NCBI GenBank assembly: GCA_002104905.1
Contig: MCFE01000369.1
Span: 1 to 64,000 of the forward strand
DNA length: 64,000 nucleotides
Direction of reading: 5' to 3'
From: Basidiobolus meristosporus CBS 931.73
Lineage: Eukaryota > Fungi > Basidiobolomycota
Notes under the pieces: model-generated
Told to the model about the DNA's origin: nothing
The model's database searches: none
Seen by the model: only the letters and a program-made list of their open reading frames with translations
Translations under genes and position numbers: made by a program
In this document: one piece after another, positions 21,116-32,573 of the stretch
Layout of the letters: each line of letters opens with the position of its first letter
How positions within the stretch are numbered: the first letter of the stretch is position 1

Positions 21116-24100
21116 ATGGAGATGCGTAGAATGCCCGAGAGCATAGCCCAGTTTGTCCACCTAGCCGAAACCCTAGATCTTCTCGGTAAGTATTCACGCG
21201 TGTTTTCCTCGTCTGTTTGGATACAGTGCTGATGAGAGGTCCTATAGCTCCGGACGACTTGGCGGAGCTTTCTGCCGCCCTGCAGGTAAAGTTTTAGGCT
21301 GACTGGCCACAGCCAAGAGCAATATAGAAGAGGCTGACCTGTTTTCGCCAACCACTAAGAATGTAGCGGCAACTCTGCAAAACTCCAACACCTTGAATCA
21401 GCTCCACTTTCTTGCTAAACTGTCGGCTAACCGATACGCCGAACGAAACACTTTTGTGTTGTACGAGTTTATCGACATACTAATTCAAATCCTGGAGACA
21501 AACCCCACTCAGGGCAATGTTGTATCTCTTGCGATAGCGGTGCTGACGCAGTTGGGTATGAGCCTTTCGACTGGCATGCTTGATCGTTTCTTCGACTTAA
21601 CCCTCGGTACCTAGGAAACATCCCTAGCCTCCGTCGAGTGATGCACCACAGAAAGAAAACCATCATCGACGTTATCTCTGTTCAACTGCAGTCCACTTCA
21701 AACGATAAGGAGTGGTTCCTCAAGGTAAGAAGCGCAGCTATCGTTGATGTGCGGATCAATCAGGCTTATCAGAACCCCTAGTATATCGGCCTACTCAAGG
21801 CACTCACTTGCGAAACCGCGATACTGTATCCGACTCCCGAATCGATCCGGCTTACTAAATTCCTTCGAGATGTGATGTACGTAGAAAAGAACCAGTGTAT
21901 CGAGACAGGCCGCTGACCCATTGCATCTAGAAAAAAGGCTACCGACCAGGAGGTCCTTGGAGATATCCTCGCGTTGTTCAGCCATCTCGTTCGCTTCACC
22001 GAGCCAATCAAAGAGAACACAATCGCGACCCCACACATGTCGTCCTTCTACAGAAGACTCATTCATTCACTGAGTAGCGAAGACCTTTCAATCATTGTTT
22101 ATTCACTCAATATACTGGCTGACCTGATCATCAATGAAAAGCTGGGCGAGATGGTAAGGGCTCAGGCCTCCGATGTTCCCCAAACTAGTAGAACTCACCT
22201 CGGATCAATCTAGCTGTTCAACCGAAACAACATCTCCCAAACCTTCAAACTGATCTTCAACCTGATAACCAACGGGAAATCCGTAGAAATTGTACGGCCG
22301 TCAGTAAGCCTTGTTGGCGCAATTACATCAAGCGCCACCATAAAGGAATATCTGGTCAAGTAATGTCGCTCAGCTTTCCTGCTCCGTCCACTCAACCCTG
22401 CTGATACGTGCTTGTTTCCCATTGAAGCTACCAATATCTGGAGGTCTGTCTACGCAGAGTAACTGCCCTGATCTCTTCTGGACGACACCAGCTCGTGTTG
22501 CCGGTAAGGAATGTGAATGAATATGCGGGTGTGGGCCGAACCTAACTTATTGCACATCAGGCCCTCGATCTCCTGGCCATCATGGTGCAGAGGAGGATCT
22601 CCACGGAGGTGGTTTTCCGAATCATGCACGATTGTGGGGTGTTTTCTGCTTGTTTGCAATGGGTCCAGTGCCGAATTCGAGAGATCAAGCGAGGGAGCTA
22701 CTTGCAGGAGATCGAATGGCCATATCTGATCGAGGAGATATGTTCCTTCTTCAAGGAAATACTGAAGGTGAGGCGATGAGCTTGTTTGATACGCGTGCGG
22801 GTGCTGATTCATTGTAAAGGCTGAGTTCAGTGGGCACCCATCCGGTAAGAGCTGCTCCGTTGACCGCGATGATTTGGAATTGGTGGTCACCTCCGTATTG
22901 GATGCCGTGGTTGATGTATTCATGGATGGATACTCCTACTTGGAGCACGATCATTTCGTCTACATCCAGATCGCTCCGATGTTCGACCTGGTGAATTATA
23001 TCCTTCTACCCAGCCTAGTGCGTGATTTTCTGGTCTTTGCCCAGCATTTTTCTCCTTAACCGTCCCACATCTAGCCGAGATAAACTTGTTGCAGAAACAC
23101 CTGACTGAGCGCCTGGACGCCCAACAGCTGCTGCACACCATCAGGATGTGCATGCCAGAGAAGGATGCTCTCACGTTCACTCCCAAGGAGGAAACAACCG
23201 TATTTTTCCTTTGGTTATACGTCAAGTATAACGAACATCAAAGGATAGCCCAAGTAAGTCCTATGAATGAGAGCTCCTCGAGCAACAGTGACGCTAACCA
23301 ACGACGCACAGGACAATGCCATGCTTGACTTGAAAGCCGTCGCAGACTTGCTAGCAACCGTAATCTCTTGTTCGACTCAAGCCACCATATTAAAGTGCGC
23401 TTTTGAGGTCGTTAGCGCACTGTCTTGCGAACAGCAAGTTCAGCAAAGGTATTCGCCGCTGCATCTCTATAGCTATGAACTGCAACCTAACCTCTCAGCC
23501 AAGACTGTGTCAACTCAACGAGAACCGCGATCGATTGAACTCACTGACCGATTCTTCTATGGGTGCAGCGAAGGCTGGTCCTTTCCGAGGAACTAGAACC
23601 TCGTGCACGCAGACACATACCAGTGAAGGTCTGAGCCAAGTAACTGAAATAGACGCATGCATCAGGGAGCTAACCTCTTTCCTTGGCAGATGATATCAAG
23701 ACCAGACTCGACAACGAGCTGAATCTAGCCAAAGCTGAGATGAGGAAGGAGATCCTGGTAAATTCAACCTCAGCAATAGCATTTTACGTGACCTCTTACT
23801 GAAGCGTGTCCAAACCCAAGGCCCGTGATGAGTATTTTGAGGAGGTCAGACAAGACTATGAAGAGCAAATGCAAACACTCCAGGTAACCTATTCTTTGCC
23901 TGTTGGAACTGTATTGGCCGGTCAACTGACACATTTCCCTGATAGAATGAGACGAAGCACCTCCGAGAGCTGTTGGAGGCCAGGTCCTTGGCACTGAATC
24001 AATCGGAATCGTTGATAGCTGAGCTACGAGGTACACACTCTCGGGTTGAGCAGGAGGTACTTGTATAGTTTGGAATAGCGTAGGCAAAATTGGAACTGAC

Positions 24101-25120
24101 ATCCAAGTGGGGAATAGGCCTTCAGCTTCAAGGACAAGGCAGCGGATCTGGAGAGAAGCTACAATCAGCTGCAGGCCGACTTCACTCAGCAGATAGAAGA
24201 GAACGAAGGGTTACAGGCGGAGCTGGACGATGCAAAGGAGCAGGTGAGACTGCTGCGAATTGACTCCAATCCACCTACTTGTCTGACGCATTGTCTCCCT
24301 TAGATAACCATCAGCAACGCCGAGAGAGAAAAGCTCAAGCGCGAACTGTTCGCCTGCCAAGAGGAATCTGAAGCCCAGGGACAAGAGTAAGTGAGGCTGC
24401 GCACACTTCTCACGATTCTGATCGCTGACCCCGTGTCCCCCCATCAGGATGAAAAAGGTCCGGCAAGAATTGGACAGCTTGTCAGCCAGGTTTGAAGAAT
24501 CCGAAGTGAACCTTAGCGCCATGAAGGAGCAGAATCATCTGCTTGAGCAAGAGAATTCCATGTAAGTTAGGAAAGTGGTAATCGCTCAACCCTCTGCTAA
24601 CTTTGCTCGCGTCTACCGTAGAAACATGGCCAAGTTCGTGGAAGATAAGCAGAAGTTGGATTCCCTGAATCACGGTAAGTGGGCCCATGTTCGGTTACTT
24701 ATGACCGGGTTACTTACGAACCTCCCCAGAAAATGTCGCGCTGCGAGCTCAGTGTGAGGAGGAGAGGGAGAAGTGGGACCAAACGAAGAGGGACTTTGCC
24801 TTGTATCAGGAGGAAGCGGTGGCCGAGAAGGAGGCGCTGACCAGGAAGCAAAGTGAGCTCGAAGAGAAGGTACGCATTCGTAGGGCCTTGTCAGGAAGAG
24901 TCCATACTAACCTCGTATTCGGAAGCTTGGGGATACCCTTGACCAACTGAAATGCCGCGAGAGCGAGCTGGAAAAGGCGAGATCTGTGATCCAGGAGTTG
25001 GAAGACGAACTAGAAAAGCACGAGAACATCGCCTCCATGATGATGAACATGTACCAAGGCAAGCGAACCACCAGCTCTGGTACCGAGTCTGGCCGGAAGT
25101 CCCGACTGTCGAATGAGTAG
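21116..25120 (+). CDS. CIP2A: CIP2A (KIAA1524)-like protein: N-terminal armadillo-type helical region and C-terminal coiled coil, many short introns
   Basis: Exons at ~22070-22280 splice to SEDLSIIVYSLNILADLIINEKLGEM|LFNRNNISQTFKLIFNLITNG. As I recall it, human CIP2A reads ..[44 protein letters not shown]. Heptad-rich exons run from ~23690 to 25050. Confidence 0.72.
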
Positions 25121-25273
25121 CCTCGTGTAACCAACTAGAACTCCCGTATATCGTATTTGTAAATAAACCAGAACCAAGTCATGTTTCAAGTGCTTGTTTT
25201 ATTTAACAACAGGTGATTATAGAAACATCGAACAGATATATGTGTTGTGTGATGGGAAATCGAGATGACGACC

Positions 25274-27551
25274 TTAGAAGTCTCCCACATCGTCGTCGTC
25301 ATCGTCCATGTCGGCTTCCTCGATCTCTTTGGCCAGCTCACGTTCTCTTTCGCGGGCTGCTTCCGCCGATTCCAACTCCTTGCGGTGTGCATTCAATGGG
25401 AATCGCATTGCCTGGTTAAAGGGGTGAGTGAGTGTTGGCTGAAGAGGCCATGGGGATGGGAGGGGGGTCTCCTTACCTTCACCGAGTCGTTATGAAGATC
25501 AAGACAGAAGCTGATACGTTGGTGGAAAGCATTCTGGGGCTCATTTGTGGAGTAGATGTCCACATTTTCCTTGGACTTGATGAATCCATTCTCGTGGTCG
25601 ATGGTGGCATCGATCACACCGTCCTTGATGGCCTGAGAGATTGTTAGGCTTAGCATGGCTGGTCATCTGCTTGGTCCGTCTGTGGTTGGTTACCTTGGCG
25701 ACGATGTACTCGGCGTCTTCTTCGCTGTCTAGGTGGAGCTTCAGGCAGATGTCTCTCAAGGAGATGCGAGAGTACGAAAGGCTGATCATGCGAATACCGG
25801 TCTTGATGACGTTGTGACGAAGTCTAGGAGGACACGTTGGGATTAGCGGCGAACTCTGGACCGGAGAACGAGGGTTTGCTTACCGAAGAATGAGAGTGTA
25901 GTTCTTGTCAGCACGGAAGACACTGCCGAACTGGGCCAGTGTGTCTTGGAACTTGGTCAAATCACCGATGCGGACAGCTGGATGATCCGGTTAGTGTGCG
26001 ATCTGCAATGCACTCCGCATATCGAGGCGGCCTACCTTGGGTGATGTGAAGGTAAGGGATCAAAGCCTTACGCAGCACCGGCTGTCTGAAGATAGAGCGC
26101 TCGGGGATTTCTCCCATAAGCAGCTGTACGATGATGGCCAACTTGTGGACCTGGGATGAAGAGGTAAGCACTGGATGAAGCGGAATTGAGGTTGGGTTTG
26201 GGGGCGGAATCAGCGTCCACTTACAGTTTGCTGGAACCCAGCGGTGATCACATTTTGCGGGGCTTTACGGATGGCCTGCAACAGATGGGCGTGGGAGGAG
26301 CTGTAGTCGAGCTGAAGCGCCTTGATGCGTCCTAGATGGGTTGGGAAGTTAGAGCCCTGGACACGCCTTCGAATGATCCGCAACGGGCCTTACCGAGGTA
26401 ATACATGTATCTGGCGAATTGGTTGTTGCCAGCTGACTCGGGGAAAGTGGTCTTGGTGACCAGCTTGTCGGCCTGGTCGTACAGATTGTAGTGGAAATAG
26501 TTTCTCAAGAGAAGGTTAAGGAGGGTAGCCTAGGTTGTGAGGGTTGTGAGCACGCTTGCTGAGGAGTGCGTATCAATGAAAGAGCCCGAACCTGGCAATC
26601 GTCATCGCGTCTGAGGGTGGCGGTTCTCTGGGCAGCGAGAAGTTTTCTACATGAGCTCACGTTAGACTAACGAAATAACAGAGGTGGATTGCCGATCACT
26701 TACGGTCTGATCTCGGCCAATCTGTCGGTCAGCTCGTAGGCTCTAGAGTAGTAGAAGTAGATACGAGCGGCAATCTGGTCTAGAGAGCGTCTATTGTAAC
26801 TATGGACTGCGTCCAGAAGGTAGTTGGCAAGCTCGATGCACTGCATGCCGAAAACCGATGATTAGTAGAGTAGCCACATGGGATGGGGGAGGTGCGACAC
26901 GCCTTACTTTGTCGTACTCCTTTTGATCCAAGAGATAGGTGAGAACCAACAGACTGATGTATAGCTCGATTTCTGGGAGGACTTCGGTGGACTTCACTTC
27001 GGTGGTGTCCACCTCCATAGACTCCGAGTTCTAGAATACTTGATTAGCACAGAGTCAGTGGGGCCATATCAAGAAACCTTACGACGTACGCTCAAGTAAC
27101 TAAGAAGCTTTGTCTTCATGGTATGCTCTACAGAAGAGGATTGTTTAGATGAGCGCTGCAAGTCTACCTTCCCATCGAGATGGGGGAGTGGGATCCATCG
27201 ATGCTTCCATCAACAAGGAACTAAGCTACCTTTGGGGAATTTAAGTTGGATGGCTTGCTTGATTATATCGGGGGTGATGCGTCTTCTGAGGGAGGCGGTT
27301 ATGCGAAGGACTCTGGTGGTGAAGCGAGACTCGGTGGTCAACACTGCTTTTTCCAGTAGATTGAAGTTGTGCTTCAAATCTGACAAACGGTTAGATCAGG
27401 GTGGAACTCGGTTCCCAAGACGACAAGCCCACCTACCTCCTAACACAAGGGCGGCGGCCTCGGAGGCCTTCTGCTCCTCTGACTTCTCCTCCACCATGGG
27501 GACGGTCTGGTCGTCCTCGGGTTTTTTGATGTCGGTCTCCATGTTGGTCAT
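25274..27551 (-). CDS. RPN3: 26S proteasome regulatory subunit Rpn3/PSMD3, multi-exon
   Basis: [18 protein letters not shown]|[67 protein letters not shown]|[32 protein letters not shown]. Confidence 0.96.
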
Positions 27552-28220
27552 GTTGGGTTGCTGGTTTTCTGCGCAGTTGAGTTACTCTCAGAGTCCTATC
27601 ACGAAATCACTTCTGGCCACCAGGGGGGTTTACGCAACATGGATTTTTCGGTGACGTCTTCGAAAAAAGATCCCTTTTTTCGGATCGACCGCATTTCCCA
27701 TCACAAATCCATGATTCTATCATCAGAGGCTAATCATGTTTAGCCAAAGTGTGTTTAGCCATATCCTGGTCTGGATAGAATCAGGGTTAGGGCTGAGGAA
27801 GACAGGTTGGGAGTGAAGGGAGTGAAGGGAGTATTTCATGAACAAGGGGTATGAGGTTCTTAACCAGGACTCTATCCTATCTCACATGGTCGCACCTGAT
27901 CAGTACACAGCAGGTCAAGGTCACTTCGCCTTCTGTTCTAGGGGAAGTATGGCCAAGCGAAGAGCCACAGGCTTGGCTCACTGAATGGTGGTGACGCTTG
28001 CTCAGCCACAAACAAACCTCTCTGAACTCAACAAAGCAGGAGCCAATAATTTACTTAATACAAAGTTTACACAAAGATTCTATCCTAAACTGTATGTGGG
28101 ATATGAAAGTATCGGAGGGGGGGGGGAGGCAAAACTAGTGAGAAGGAAATTAGATGCAAGAGGAGGCGGCGACGGAGGAAGTGGTGGTCGAGAGGAGGGG
28201 GAAGAGGCACCTGACTTGGA

Positions 28221-28558
28221 CTACATGACATTACACTCGCAGCCAGCTCCTTTGGCGGCAAACAAATCGTTGGCGTTGGTGGAGCCCCAGACCGAGGGTA
28301 CTAGGTAGTCTCTGGTGGTGGTGACATATTTGATCAACCTACAAATCCATCGGTGTTTGTGTTGAGTATGGGGGAATGGAAGCCGGTTTTCATCGGATGG
28401 GTTACTTACATGTGGCTGGCCTGCGAGGTGGAAATCCGTTGCTGGTCCAGTTGGCTCCTCAGGTGGTTGTTGTACTCGACCAATTTCTTCAGCTTGTGCT
28501 CCGAGATCATGTTTAGCCCAGATGTAGGCGCTGTGGGTGCTGGTGATACCGCAAGCAT
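28221..28558 (-). CDS. Heterotrimeric G-protein gamma subunit (Ste18/Gpg1-like), 2 exons
   Basis: ISEHKLKKLVEYNNHLRSQLDQQRISTSQASHM|LIKYVTTTRDYLVPSVWG...GCECNVM*. GGL-type coiled coil, DYLVPSVWG and a C-terminal CaaX (CNVM). Confidence 0.9.
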
Positions 28559-29038
28559 GGGAAGGAAGATGGGGTTGGCAAAGGGCTAAGATAAGGTGAC
28601 GAAGACGATGGACACAATATCTGGACCAGTGGCCGAGCCTGCCGTTTTACATACCCATCGTCTGGTAATTCAGGGGCTTCTTCAAAAAAGGAGAGAAGCG
28701 ACAACGAATGAACGTTACCATTTCAGTCATCGGGGGAAATGGTTCACTCGATAATGTGATGTGATGGCAGCAGTCAATTTATGCTGCCCGCCACAGCCCC
28801 TTGAGACTGGAAGCAACAAACCCTGTTTGATGCATTGAACACCCACGAAATCTCCAATGCTCCCGCCGAAACAGGCAAACATTGGCCTCAGCATGGGGCC
28901 AGGATTTCGATCTCATGATGACGGTGGAGTGGGCGGAATCAGTGGAAAATATCTCCGCTCACCGATTTAATTAAACCTTAACGTGCTCCCATTCAAAACT
29001 TCTATTATTCCTGCGCCTATTTCCAACGTGACGTACAG

Positions 29039-30036
29039 ATGGTCTTCGCAAAGTTCCTTCGTCCATCTTGGACCCACGCCAACCATGTCACCAGAGCGTT
29101 GACACAACGTGGTCTGAGACAGGCTACCTGCCAGCTCAGGCGCCATCTTCATGCCACTCCTGCCGCTTTAACCGCCAGCTCGGGTGAGTGCTATGCGACA
29201 TGTAGCCCATGAAGCCATCCTCCGGCTAACCTGTTTTGTCCACTTGTCTCCGGAAAGATCTCGCCGCCTCCCTAGAGCAAAGCATCCAGAATTGCAAAGT
29301 GCTACCTCCTGGGGACCTGCCAGATTTTCTGGTGGAATTCAAGGAGAAGAGTTCATTCAAGGTAAGTTGGGCCTCTTGTCCGAGGTGCCGCCGACGTGGG
29401 GCTGAGCGTTTGCTCTATTGCGTAGATTCGTGACATGCCTGGACAGAGCGAAGTGGTCCTATCAAGAGCCTTTGGAAACGAAAAGTAAGGCCCGGCACCG
29501 ACCCCCTCTCCCTTTCACCCACACATCTCTGATCAACTGTTGCGCAGGATCAAGCTGCACTTCTCGATCGACGACATACAACTGGCGGAAACCTCAACGA
29601 ACGCCAAAACACAGGTGATATTTGTTTATTGGTATACAACGACGTGGACGCACCAGACTCAACGACACTCCCCAACAGGAACGTGAGGTCGCCTCATTTC
29701 CGGTCGAATGCATGATCACCCTCACCAAGGGCGAGGAGAGCGGATGCCTGATCTTCGAGTGCATCGTAGGAGGACGGGGAGTTCCAGATACAGCACATCA
29801 TCTACCATCCCGAGGCCGACATCGCCAAGCGAAACGACCTGACCGGCTTCAAGGGATACCTCGGGCCGGACGTGCAGATGCTCGACGACGATCTGAAAGC
29901 ATTGATCAATCAGTATCTGGAGGAGAGGGACATCGATGAGGTCCTCGCCCTGTTCATCCCCAACTACATCGAATACAAAGATCACAAGGAATACCGCAAG
30001 TGGTTGGGAAGTTGGAAGGGATTCCTGGAGATGTGA
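29039..30036 (+). CDS. MAM33: Mitochondrial acidic matrix protein Mam33/p32/C1QBP family, multi-exon; apparent +1 G at ~29769
   Basis: Arg-rich presequence MVFAKFLRPSW..RRHLHAT; IRDMPGQSEVVLSRAFGNE; YLGPDVQMLDDDLKALINQYLEERDIDEVLALFIPNYIEYKDHKEYRKWL. Confidence 0.88.
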
Positions 30037-30730
30037 ATGTCACGTGGGGTGACGGCGGTCGGTGAGTCACCCGACGCACCTTGTTTTTTTTTTCTTTTTT
30101 TTCGGCACTTCCCCTGACTAACACCAGCCACCCCAGACGAGCCTTCTGCTTAAAGGGCGGGTCGAGGGTCGGGGGAAAGATGTCTCTCTTCACGGAGAAC
30201 ACCGAACAAGGTAAGCATCTCTCCGGAACATGCCGATCAACACACAGCACTCGACGGTACTTATCCTCCACGAACGAGGTGCCCCTGTGGGCTTGCTCGG
30301 CCGCCGTGGAGACCCGATAGTCCGTCCGTGCAAGATTATCCCTCGTATTTGCCCTGGCACATCACGAACTCGGTTCAACCACCACCGATGTGACATTACT
30401 TCATCACGAGAACATCCACCCACAACCCACAACCCCCTCCTCCCTTCTGATCCACGCTAACCGTCCTTTCTCCAGGTGGAACAAACTCTGTGAAGCCGTT
30501 CGATCCAAATCCCATGTAAATAAAGCATCCTTTCACACCTATGTTTCAAGTGGTCATTCCACGCATGCTGTTACGTGATCGTGTATGTCCATCGATGGCT
30601 CACATCACCTGAAACCGTGGCGGTGTGGGATCCCGGACGCCACCATTCTCCAGGACCATTTTAAAGTAGTCATTGGGAGGGAAGGAACCCGACCTGGGAC
30701 TTCAGCGTTGCTCTACCCAGTCTACTCCCG

Positions 30731-31727
30731 ATGCGCCTTCCCTTGATCACCACCCTCGCGGCCCTCGCGATGGCCCGATTCGGCTCGGGGTTCGTCTACC
30801 GTACGAACGACGACGTGTACGCCCTCGACAAGGTCATGGGATGGAAGGAGGTGCAGGACTACGGCTTCACCACCCTCTCCGCCGGGGTGGACGACTCCGT
30901 GTGGGCGGTGTCCGAGGGGAATCTGCCCTACCGGTTCACCGGGAAGCGGTGGGGCCTGATCCCGGGGAAGCTCCAGGCGGTGGCCGGGCTGGACATGAAC
31001 ACCGCGTGGGGGATCTCCCCAGGGTACAGCGTGTACCGGTTCTTCAACGGGATCTGGCAGGTGCACCCGGGCAAGCTCACGGCCATCTCGGCCGCCACCA
31101 ATGACGGGTACGTGGAGGACGTGGAGCACGTGTGGGGGATCTCCCCGTCGAACACCCTGTGGTACTGCTACTTCCAGCCCCGGCTGAACAAGTGCAAATG
31201 GAAGGCCGTGCCGAAGCCGAACGGGTTGCGGGTGCTGGCGGTGGCCTCGGTGGGGGACGGGACCGCGTTCGCCCTGTTTGACGTGAGGGACGCGCTCGGG
31301 AACGTGGTGTACCGTTGGAACGGCTCCTCGTGGAGTCTCATCGACGAACGTCTGGTCTCCATCGGGAACGGGTGCAACGGTAAGGTGGCCGGGTTCACCG
31401 CCGAGGGGACCATCCGGGTGTTCTCTTCCGACACCAACTCCGTGGTACTCCTTGAAGGCCAGACCCGAGATCCAGCCCAAGTACGTGTCGGTCGGACTAA
31501 GCGTCTGGACCATCGCGGAAAACAAGTTGGACGTCTCCAGACCACCCAACCGCATCAAACCGCTTCCTCTCCCTCCGAAAAATCCCCACCATACATCACA
31601 CCCACGTCCCCGTCCCCACCCAAATCCCTCCACCAAACCCCGTCCCAAACCCCACCCCAACCCAGAAAAGTCCGAGTACTCTGATGCCATCCTGAAAGCC
31701 CTCAAGTCCGCCCCACCCATCTCGTGA
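30731..31727 (+). CDS. Secreted tectonin-type six-bladed beta-propeller (putative lectin) with Pro/His/Lys-rich tail; apparent +1 C at ~31440
   Basis: Signal peptide MRLPLITTLAALAMA. Repeated W-x(4-7)-L-x-x-(I/V)-S-(A/V)-G-x(3-4)-VW-(A/G)-(V/I) units. The sixth blade (SWYSLKARPEIQPKYVSVGLSVWTI) is in the frame of ORF 31452-31727. Intronless and visibly very GC-rich. Confidence 0.75.
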
Positions 31728-32048
31728 ATCCTCGCGCGATAGGTAGCAGGCCGCTAGATGGTGTCGGTGGAAAGCGGGAATCGACCTAAACTAACACCTC
31801 CTCGAAATTCTCCAATAAACCACCTTTCCCAAACCAACCGTTGTCACCCGCTTGACTTTCCCCCTTCCCACCGTCACCGCCACCGCCACCGCCACCAGCA
31901 CCACCAACCGGAACCTCTTCCGTCTATTGGTGAGTCCCAAGGCTTGTTTGCGCGGCCGCTGTGTCCACTGGCGCATTGTGATGGGCCGGAAATACCCACG
32001 GAAGTAGGTGTTGAATGGATATCTGTCCCTTCCAACACCCATATCAAA

Positions 32049-32390
32049 TGTTGTAAATTTCGTGATTACCCCCAGATATTCGCTCGACTTGATCACTCCG
32101 ATCATCCCCTACAAATCTCTGAAAACCCCGGTCAAGATCTTTGTGCGGGTTTCACTTGGAACATCTCGCCAAAATCTCAGGTGCCCCGCCCGTGAGAAAT
32201 CACCCGATTGTCCAAGCGGCCCCAAACTTTCGCACACATGTTCTCGGGACCTTCCCAGGCATATCCCATGTGTTCGTTCCGGCCAAGACCGTGTAAGAGT
32301 ATCCACACCACTTTCACATCGGATGTGTCATCAAGTGAAAACCGCATCACCTACTTGTTCTCCCAATCACTCCAACACTCTGGTAGCAAA
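32049..32390 (+). mobile_element. Diverged, CpG-rich solo-LTR-like copy of the copia family LTR
   Basis: Starts TGTTGTAAA and is collinear with the 349-bp LTR, e.g. CCCCAAACTTTCGCACACATGTTCTCGGGACCTTCC vs CCCCAAACTTTGCACACATGTTCTTGGGACCTTCC. The 3' end is decayed. Confidence 0.75.
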
Positions 32391-32512
32391 CCTAAAGCTT
32401 CCCACGTGATGGTGGATCAGGAGCTTCCTCGATTCCTCTCCCAGAGTCCAGCCTGCTTAGACTACTACACAACTCATCCTTTTGTAGATCAGGAATGGCT
32501 TCCTCATTCCTG

Positions 32513-32573
32513 TGTTACCGGAGTTTTGTGAATACTGCAAGTGGCTGGAAGAACATGTGGATGATGCGGTTTC
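32513..32573 (-). mobile_element. Inverted 61-bp LTR 3'-tip remnant (old, diverged)
   Basis: TGTTACCGGAGTTTTGTGAATACTGCAAGTGG...GCGGTTTC aligns to the reverse complement of the LTR 3' end. Confidence 0.6.

Noticed and set aside
30722-31720. 332-aa antisense ORF over the tectonin gene
   Set aside because: A shadow ORF expected from high GC3. The plus strand carries the signal peptide and the repeats.
31758-32195. ORF running from GC-rich ACCGCC repeats into the diverged LTR
   Set aside because: Low-complexity and chimeric with LTR sequence, with no recognisable domain.
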